A stretch of 64,000 nucleotides of DNA from Zootoca vivipara (taxonomy: Eukaryota), in NCBI RefSeq assembly GCF_963506605.1, contig NC_083276.1, positions 98,766,001 to 98,830,000 on the forward strand. The letters run 5' to 3'. A model generated the notes under the pieces. The model worked only from the letters and a program-made list of their open reading frames with translations. It searched no databases and was not told the DNA's origin. Position numbers and translations under genes: made by a program. The first letter of the stretch is position 1. Every line of letters begins with the position of its first letter. Positions 50,185 through 58,188 of the stretch are shown here, piece after piece.

Positions 50185-51779
50185 TTTTGACATGCACCTC
50201 TTATATTAGAAGCCTTGGCCATGCAAAGCACTGTTGGGGGAGCCAAATAAGAGGCACCTTACCTCCTTCCTCCAAAATACAACAGTATGGGATGAGTATG
50301 GGATGAGTTTCCAAATCAAATGTAGCTTTAAGAATCTCTCTCTTCCCGTTCCCCCTTAAAGCAGCAGCATTTCTAAAAGAACCAGGTGCTCCTTGAATGA
50401 ACCAAAGCATTTCTTTTTTAAGGAAACTTTATATGGCATCTCTATAGCTAAAACAGCACATTGTTTAACCCCACATTACAGGTCAACAACAAAGCAAATT
50501 ACAAACACATGTGTCAATAAGGATCAAGAGCTTCTATCGCTTGACCTTCTCACCAACATAACAGGAAAATCAATGCATCATCACTCTCTGTGTTTCATGC
50601 TGCTTCATTGACACAAACCTGCTGTCTAAAAATGAATGCTCTCCCCGTGGTTAGATTACTAGGTCTAAATGATCCTTTCCCCCCTTTTAGCTTTACCTTC
50701 AGACATTTACATTCTTCCAGTTTATAACCATTTTATCAGCCACATTTCTATCCCAGCCTTCCTCTAAGGAAAATTCATGTGGATTAGTTTAGTTTATCCT
50801 TAAAACACTTGTGTGAGATAGTAAGGGTGAAAGAGAGAGACTGGGGTCCTAGTCAACCCATGGCTGAGTTGAGAGTTCAACCTGGGTTTCCCCAGACCTA
50901 ACGCCACATTTCATCTACTGCACAACAATAGAGCCCCACCCAGCCTTCTGCTATGAACAAACATTTAGGGACCTGGGAGTCTGTGTGCTGGTCCCACTTC
51001 CCAGTGTTACACACCCACCAGCTCCACTTGCAACCTTGAGACAGGTAAGAAGGGTGCTTCCCAACCATGTTCAGAAGTCTGCATGTTGAACCATTCCCAC
51101 AACTGGTTACCATGTGTTTGCAATTAGGCAAATATCAATTATGTCTTTGTACATGTAAAAATTGAGCTGGCTGTTCCAAGTGAGAAGTATTGCCTATAGG
51201 AACTTTACAAAAATTGGCCTTTTAGGCCACACAAACGAGCCATACAGGAATGCATGAGCGGCTGGCTAATAAGACTTGCTGTGGGTAGTAATTCTGGTAG
51301 ATTTATTTGCAATGAATATGGTCTAATCTGGTGAATTAATCTACAGAGCTATTGCGTGAGTATTTGTAATCCTATCCTGTGCTGGAAATTAATACCAATG
51401 GCATTTATGTATATATATATTCTTTTGCATTGCCCAATTTCAAATTATGTCATTATGGAAGAAGTAAACCACAAAGCGATACATACACCCATTGATTAAT
51501 ATTTTCCCAAAGCTTACAAGTTACAATTGTTTGTGTTAAGGGACTAATAAGAACTCTAAGATTCAATAAAATCAGTAGTTCTCAACCTTCTAGTCACATT
51601 GAGTACACAAATGCTGCATCACCACAGAATAACCTTGACATAAAACTGGCCCTTTATGTAGAGCTTAGTTCTTTTACCTGAAGTGCCCATTTAAAACATG
51701 GTTCGAAGTATATTGCCAACTATCAAGGCAATAATTCTCTTCAAAGCACTTATGTCATTCACACTTTCAGACAAAAAAG

Positions 51780-52033
51780 AAAAAAATTCCTTCAGTAGCA
51801 CCTTAAAGACCAACTAAGTTTTTATTTTGGTATGAGCTTTCGTGTGCATGCACACTTCTTCAGATACAGTGAAATGGAAGTTTCCAGGCACTTATGTAGA
51901 GAAGGGGTGGGGAGGGGTGGGGATGGGGAGGGGGGATCACTCAGAAGGGTGGTGGAAATGGGTGATTGACTGACTGATAGCTGTTGATGACCGCAAACGA
52001 CTGCAAATGGTTTTGCATGAAAAAGCAAGGGTT
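51780..52033 (-). repeat. 3' pseudo-LTR of the Penelope-like element (254 bp)
   Basis: Identical by eye to 54810-55063 (offset 3030). Contains a hammerhead, a minus-strand AATAAA (51821-51826) and a G-run tract. Confidence 0.93.
51830..51867 (-). ncRNA. Minimal type-I hammerhead ribozyme in the 3' pLTR
   Basis: Minus strand GUAU-CUGAAGA-A-GUGUGCAUGCACAC-GAAA-GC-UC^AUAC. It has CUGANGA and GAAA core boxes, stem II, a GUAU/AUAC stem I and a palindromic AGCU in place of stem III. Confidence 0.85.
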
Positions 52034-52054
52034 GAGATGGCTGAAGATCGCTTA

Positions 52055-54760
52055 TCATGTATAATGAGATAAGAACCCGATATCTCTGTTCAAACCAGGT
52101 CCCTCCATGGTTTTGAGCTTGGTGATAAGTTGCAATTCAGCAACTTCTCTTTCCAGTCTATTTCTGAAATTCTTTTGTAGTAAGACAGCTACTTTGAGAT
52201 CTTCTATAGAATGTCCTGGGAGATTGAAGTGTTCTCCTACTGGTTTTTCTGTCTTCTGGTTCCTGATGTCAGATTTATGTCCATTTATCCTTTGGCGTAG
52301 GGTTTGGCCTGTTTGTCCAATATAGAGAGCTGAAGGGCACTGTTGGCATTTGATGGCATACACAATGTTAGAGGATGAGCAATTAAATAGTCCTGAGATG
52401 GTATGTTGGATGTTGTTGGGGCCAGTAATGGTGTTGTCTGGGTGTATGTGGCAGCAAAGTTGGCATCTGGGTTTATTGCAGGCTCTGGTACCAGTGTCCA
52501 TGTTAAGTCTGGTGGTTGTATTATTGTGGGTGAGGAGTTGTTTAAGATTGGGTGGCTGTCTGTAGGCAATGAAAGGTCTTCCTCCCAGAGCTTGAGAAAG
52601 GGAGCGGTCATTGTCCAGGAGAGGCTGTAGATCTCTGATGATGCGTTGTACTGTTTTAGCTTGGGAGCTGTATGTGATGACTAGTGGTGTTCTGTTATTT
52701 TCTTTTTTGGGTCTGTCTTGCAGCAGGTTCTCTCTAGGTATCTGTCTGGCTCTGTTGATCTGTTGTTTAACTTCATCAGGTGGATATTTTAGTTCTAAAA
52801 AGGTTTGCTGTAGATCTCTTAGGTGAGATTCTCTGTCTGTAGAGTTGGAACAGATGCGGTTGTAACGTAAGGCCTGGCTGTATACGATGGATTGTTTGGT
52901 ATGTTTGGGATGGTAGCTAGAAGCATGTAGATATGTTTGTCGGTCAGTTGGTTTTCTGTATAAGGTGGTGTCTATACGTCCATCCTGTATTTTTATAGTA
53001 GTGTCCAAAAAATGTATTTCTTGCATAGATTGGTTCATTGTTAGGTTGATGGTGGGGTGAAAGTCATTGAATGTCTGGTGGAAGGTTTCCAGGGTCTGTT
53101 GTCCATGTGTCCAGATAATAAAAATATCGTCAATGTATCGCAGGTACAGGAGAGGTTTGAGTGGGTAGGAGTTAAGGAAACGTTGTTCTAAATCTGCCAT
53201 GAAGATGTTGGCATACTGTGGGGCCATGCGGGTGCCCATGGCTGTGCCGCTGATCTGGAGGAACAGGTCATCACCAAATTTGAAGTGGTTGTGGGTAAGG
53301 ACAAAGTGGCAGAGTTTGGTAGCAAAGTCCGCTGTGGTTTTATCTGAAATGGTGTTCCTTATGGCTTGTAAACCATCATTGTGTGGGATGTTGGTATATA
53401 GAGATTCCACATCCATAGTGGCTAGTATAGTATTGTTAGGAAGATTGTTCAAATATTGTATTTTCCTCAGAAAATCTGTGGTGTCACGTACATAGCTGGG
53501 AGCACTGATAGCATATGGTTTCAGAACAGAGTCCACATAGCCGGAAACACCCACTGTAATGGTGCCAATACCTGAGATGATGGGGCGTCCTGGGTTTCCT
53601 GGTTTGTGTATTTTGGGTAGAAGATAGAAAGTTCCTGGCCGAGGTTCCGCTGGTGTGTTTGTGAGGATCTGTTCTTGGATGTGTAGGGGTAGCTCCTTAA
53701 TAATCTTGTTCAGTTCTTTTTTGTATGCTTGTGTGGGGTCTGAGTCCAATTTCATGTAAAAGGCAGTATTGGAAAGTTGTCTGTGGGCCTCTTGGATGTA
53801 ATCAGTTTTGTTCATGATGACGACAGCTCCACCCTTGTCTGCCTCTTTAATTATAATGTCTGGGTTGTTCCTGAGATTTTCTATGGCTCTCCTTTCAGCA
53901 TGGTTTAGATTTTGTTGTAAGCGATGGTGTTTTCTGGTCACATCCGTTTGGATTCTGTGGCGGAAGCATTCGATGTACAGATCTAGTGTGGTATTGCGTC
54001 CATCAGGAGGGGTCCATGTGGAGTCCCTTTTTGTGTAACTTCTTTTCGGTGGTAGTTGGTGGTCAATGTTCTGTTCATTGATGCGTTTGGAGGGTGATGG
54101 TTGTTCCCCAGTAAGTTGAGAGGTGTTGTGTTGTGGGGATGTAGTTTGTTCTACTTTGTCTTGTTCTTGTGTGTGATGAAAATACTCCTTCAGGCGTAAA
54201 CGGCGGAAAAATGCTTCCAGGTCCCCGCAGAACTGAATCATGTGTTGGGATTTGGCAGGGCAGAATGATAGTCCCCGTGAAAGGACGGATTCCTCAGCTG
54301 GGCTGAGTGTTTGCTGTGAAAGATTGACAATGTTGTTGATCTTGTTTTGATTGGTGGCCTGTAGGTTGGAAAGGTTGCAGAGTTTTTTATTTTTCTGGTT
54401 CTTCAGTAACTCCAGTTGAGAGTGGTAAATGGTTTGTTTTTCCTTGTGGAACTTCTGCCAGGCCGGGTGATTCCTGATGGAGTTCTCCAGTGCAGAGAGT
54501 TCCTCCTTTATTAACTTCTGTTTGGAATACAGAACGCCGATAAGATGTTTCAGCAGTTTCTTAGATAAAGTGTGGCATAGTTTTCTGGCATATTCTGTGG
54601 GATAAGTTGATTGAAGAGGGTTCTTAATTCTAAGACCCTTAGGTACAATGTCCAGGTTTTTGCATTTAGATAGAAAGAGGATGTCAGTTTGTACCTGGGC
54701 AAGTTTCTTGGTGAGGTTGATGGACTTCCATTTCATGCGGCTCAATGTGGTGCCTTCCAT
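52055..54760 (-). CDS. Penelope-like element polyprotein, 901 aa: reverse transcriptase, Cys-rich linker and GIY-YIG endonuclease
   Basis: PLE RT motifs FYLLPKIHK, GRPIISG, LATMDVESLYTNIP, QISGTAMGTRMAPQYANIFM, YLRYIDDIF (YIDD at 53126-53137), IHFLD and LYRKPT. Linker CNKPRCQLCCH (about 52448-52480). GIY-YIG-type VYAIKC...LYIGQTG...RINGH...E...GLN. No stops or frameshifts. Confidence 0.97.
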   Translation of the reverse strand: MEGTTLSRMKWKSINLTKKLAQVQTDILFLSKCKNLDIVPKGLRIKNPLQSTYPTEYARKLCHTLSKKLLKHLIGVLYSKQKLIKEELSALENSIRNHPAWQKFHKEKQTIYHSQLELLKNQKNKKLCNLSNLQATNQNKINNIVNLSQQTLSPAEESVLSRGLSFCPAKSQHMIQFCGDLEAFFRRLRLKEYFHHTQEQDKVEQTTSPQHNTSQLTGEQPSPSKRINEQNIDHQLPPKRSYTKRDSTWTPPDGRNTTLDLYIECFRHRIQTDVTRKHHRLQQNLNHAERRAIENLRNNPDIIIKEADKGGAVVIMNKTDYIQEAHRQLSNTAFYMKLDSDPTQAYKKELNKIIKELPLHIQEQILTNTPAEPRPGTFYLLPKIHKPGNPGRPIISGIGTITVGVSGYVDSVLKPYAISAPSYVRDTTDFLRKIQYLNNLPNNTILATMDVESLYTNIPHNDGLQAIRNTISDKTTADFATKLCHFVLTHNHFKFGDDLFLQISGTAMGTRMAPQYANIFMADLEQRFLNSYPLKPLLYLRYIDDIFIIWTHGQQTLETFHQTFNDFHPTINLTMNQSMQEIHFLDTTIKIQDGRIDTTLYRKPTDRQTYLHASSYHPKHTKQSIVYSQALRYNRICSNSTDRESHLRDLQQTFLELKYPPDEVKQQINRARQIPRENLLQDRPKKENNRTPLVITYSSQAKTVQRIIRDLQPLLDNDRSLSQALGGRPFIAYRQPPNLKQLLTHNNTTTRLNMDTGTRACNKPRCQLCCHIHPDNTITGPNNIQHTISGLFNCSSSNIVYAIKCQQCPSALYIGQTGQTLRQRINGHKSDIRNQKTEKPVGEHFNLPGHSIEDLKVAVLLQKNFRNRLEREVAELQLITKLKTMEGPGLNRDIGFLSHYT

Positions 54761-54809
54761 AGTTCTGGTTACAGGTAGGTAGCCGTGTTGGTCTGGATCG
54801 AAGTAAAAT

Positions 54810-55063
54810 AAAAAAATTCCTTCAGTAGCACCTTAAAGACCAACTAAGTTTTTATTTTGGTATGAGCTTTCGTGTGCATGCACACTTCTTCAGATACAGT
54901 GAAATGGAAGTTTCCAGGCACTTATGTAGAGAAGGGGTGGGGAGGGGTGGGGATGGGGAGGGGGGATCACTCAGAAGGGTGGTGGAAATGGGTGATTGAC
55001 TGACTGATAGCTGTTGATGACCGCAAACGACTGCAAATGGTTTTGCATGAAAAAGCAAGGGTT
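54810..55063 (-). repeat. 5' pseudo-LTR (partial tandem copy of the element 3' end)
   Basis: Direct repeat of 51780-52033, ending 49 nt upstream of the ATG at 54760. Confidence 0.93.
54860..54897 (-). ncRNA. Minimal type-I hammerhead ribozyme in the 5' pLTR
   Basis: Identical to the 51830-51867 motif, 3030 bp away. Confidence 0.85.
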
Positions 55064-55217
55064 TTCATGCAAAACCATTTGCAGTCGTTTGCGGTCATCA
55101 ACAGCTATCAGTCAGTCAATCACCCATTTCCACCACCCTTCTGAGTGATCCCCCCTCCCCATCCCCACCCCTCCCCACCCCTTCTCTACATAAGTGCCTG
55201 GAAACTTCCATTTCACT

Positions 55218-55255
55218 GTATCTGAAGAAGTGTGCATGCACACGAAAGCTCATAC
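55218..55255 (+). ncRNA. Minimal type-I hammerhead ribozyme in the inverted pLTR
   Basis: gtat CTGAAGA a gtgtgcatgcacac GAAA gcTC atac on the + strand. Confidence 0.85.
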
Positions 55256-56299
55256 CAAAATAAAAACTTAGTTGGTCTTTAAGGTGCTACTGAAGGAATT
55301 TTTTTATTTTACTTCGATCCAGACCAACACGGCTACCTACCTGTAACCAGACAAAAAAGAATTAATTTTATGATTTTTTTTATTGGATTTCTTGCCCAGC
55401 CCTTCACCATAAGGTCCCAGGGCAAGTTACAAGAATATAAAAAATGCAATAGTAAAATCAGTTAACACAATTTGCAAGCAAAAGAATAGGTCCTAAAATA
55501 GATATATATCTCAGCTGTCAATGAGACAGATGATGGAAGCTATATAATGAAGGTGTCTGGTGCACCTATGTGAGGAGTGAATTCCACAGTTTAGGGAATG
55601 GCAATCAGTAATTTATTTTCAAATAAATTTAATTTAAACACCAGTGTTTTGGATCTCCACATCATGACGCTGCATTAACTTATCACAGGATGGGAACAGT
55701 GTTTTTAAAGTAACGGTAAACAAACATTGAAGACATCAATAAGTACTTTACTGGACCAGCATGTTTGTAGAAATGCACCTTTGCTTTGGTTCTCCGCATA
55801 TGCCACCCACGAAACTGAATCTAAGAAAAGCAGCATCTTGTTCCCACACTGCACAGATATCATCCAAAACCTTACATCCATTAGGCTGCTTTGTTAGCAC
55901 AGCAAACAGCTGTGCAAGTGACGACTCAACATCGTTGGAGGTACCTCCTCCCATGGTTCCTTACCACACTGTAAAAAGAAACCATGCTGATAACTGACAG
56001 TGGAAACTCATACAAGAACCTTCACTTGTGTAATAGGGCTTTCCTCATCCTGCCCCTCATCCCCAAAATTGGCTCAGGGGAGCAGGAGAACCCCCAGCAC
56101 TGTGCCCAGGGAAAGGAGAGTGGGAACATTCTGTATGGCAAGCGGAAATGCTTGTGCTGCTGGAAGGATCAGCAAAGTGTGACACTGAAATATATTGTGC
56201 ATTTACAAAAAAGAAAAGAAAAAAAGAAATATATTGTGCATACATTTATTCCCCACCTGAATTTTGTCATGGACTCAAAGTAGTATACATGTGGGTATC

Positions 56300-56342
<43 letters not shown>

Positions 56343-56548
56343 TTATACTGCACCCATCTGGCTGGGTTTCCCCAGCCTCTCTGGGTCGCTCCCAACAGAA
56401 TATTAACAATAATAAAAAAGCGATAAAACATCCCTAAACAGTGCTGCCTTCAGATGTTTTCTAAAGGTCAGATAGTTGTTTATTTCCTTGACATCTGATG
56501 GCAGGGCATTCCACAGGGCGGGTGCCACCACTGAGAAGGCCCTCTGCC
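56300..56548 (-). mobile_element. L2-type LINE 3' end with (TAA)n tail
   Basis: cccatctggctgggtttccccagcc...gaaggccctctgcct; same family as 3400 and 36995. Confidence 0.85.
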
Positions 56549-57636
56549 TCTAGGCACTGACCAGATCCAGACCAGCTTAGCTTCAACTTGATGGTGGTCT
56601 CATGCACTCTTAGAGCATACCCTGGGGCCATACAAGCAAAATCGAGTGCTAACATAGCATCTTAATCTCACCAAGAGTTGGTTTTATCAATACAGCACCA
56701 GCTAAATGATGCACACAAACCGAATTGCTCATGTCAGTGCAAATATAACTCAAGAGCAAAGGACTCTCGTGACCTCTCAGCTCCACATCTATGAACTGTA
56801 AAATAGGAAGCGAATCCTCTGTGCATTTATTGTATCAATGTTCAACCGGGAATGAGAGTACATTGTCAGAATAAAAGAAAAATTGCTATTGAAAGTATCA
56901 TCATTCTCTGTTGCCCCTTCAACAAACTTTTTGCTTTCTTCACTTGCTTTCCAAATCAGGGTGATTTAAGTTGTCCCAGGAAGTGCATTTTCCCACCCTT
57001 TTGATTCCTGCTTATGGGTGAAGTTGGGATTCCCTTTACTATCTGCTAAAACAGAAAAAGAAGTGGTGGTAATAATGAAGATGGTAGTTACAAAAGCTAT
57101 GCAAAGATGTGGGCTTTGTGTATATTGATTTAGAGACTGAGTGTACAATGGATATTCAGTAATAACACATGCTTCCACTTATGCTCCCACTAAAATAAAG
57201 TCACCACTTCTGTATATATTGCCAGTGAGCCATTGAGATGGTCACTTAAAAGTAGTGATGACATTTTTGTGTGATGTCGGTAGTTTCAGGGTGAACTGAA
57301 CTTGAACAATAGTCTCGTTTCACATAAACCACTGAGCAACCATTAGAAAGTGATGATGTTCAGTCTCTAGGACCGAACTTGTGCCAGAATGGAACCAGTG
57401 ACCTTTAAATGAACCACTCCATACCTCATTACCAATCCCATGAGCCGTTCAGTCATCAGAAAAACACTTTTAAAAAAAAGCATTCTAGAAACACAACTCG
57501 CTTTGAAGAATTCTGGTACACAAAGTTTATTTGTTGATAGCCCAACCCAAGAGATTGCAAATGCTTCTCTTCACAGCCAATTCAAACAGTTTCACTTTAT
57601 GAAATTTTCAGTACTATACAACTTAACAAATCATTA

Positions 57637-57639
<3 letters not shown>

Positions 57640-57691
<52 letters not shown>
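57640..57691. repeat. Compound (CA)n(GA)n microsatellite
   Basis: Direct reading. Confidence 0.95.
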
Positions 57692-57933
57692 TGCACATTT
57701 TCAACAAGCATCAAAACAAAATATAAATATTTTGTCCTCTAGATCTGTAGTCTATATAATGATTCCATAGCCCAGCCTCTCTCACCTTGGGGCCCCAGAT
57801 GTTGTTGGACTACAACTCCCATCATCCTTGGCCACAAGTACTGTGTAATACACTGGTAAACACACACACACACTATTGTGTGCAGTCTGCTTTCTGTCAT
57901 AGTATCACATGTATCAGTTAGTTTGAAAAATAT

Positions 57934-58188
57934 CACGGAGCAATGGATTCAAACTACAAGAAAGAAGATTCCACCTAAACATTAGGAAGAACTTCCTGAC
58001 AGCAAGAGCTGTTCGACAGTGGAATTTGCTCCCTAGGAGTGTGGCGGAGTCTCCTTCTTTGGAGGTCTTTAAGCAGAGGCTTGACAGGCATATGTCAAGA
58101 ATGCTTTGATGGTGTTTCCTGCTTGGCAGGGGGTTGGACTGGATGGCCCTTGTGGTCTCTTCCAATTCTATGATTCTATGATTCTATG
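57934..58188 (+). mobile_element. CR1 LINE 3' end
   Basis: ORF2 tail ([20 protein letters not shown]...FKQRLD) and a diagnostic (ATTCTATG)n terminal repeat. Confidence 0.92.

Larger units (their letters stand above)
51780..55351 (-). mobile_element. Full-length young Penelope-like retroelement (Neptune-type) with partial-tandem pLTRs and an inverted 5' pLTR
   Basis: Intact RT/GIY-YIG ORF. Direct repeats at 51780-52033 and 54810-55063. Inverted copy at 55062-55351. Flanking duplication cagacaaaaaagaa at 51768-51781 and 55348-55361. Confidence 0.96.
54764..55351. repeat. Perfect 290-bp inverted repeat (arms 54764-55053 and 55062-55351, 8-nt spacer agcaaggg)
   Basis: The arms are reverse complements by inspection (e.g. 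...gcatgaaaa / ttttcatgc...; tctggttacaggtaggt / acctacctgtaaccaga). Confidence 0.95.

Noticed and set aside
51822-52058. 78-aa and 68-aa minus-strand ORFs in the pLTRs (also 54852-55058)
   Set aside because: They overlap the ribozyme and C-rich tract, show no recognisable domain, and are duplicated only because the pLTR is.
52107-54038. Several + strand ORFs opposite the PLE ORF
   Set aside because: Antisense shadows of a long coding frame.
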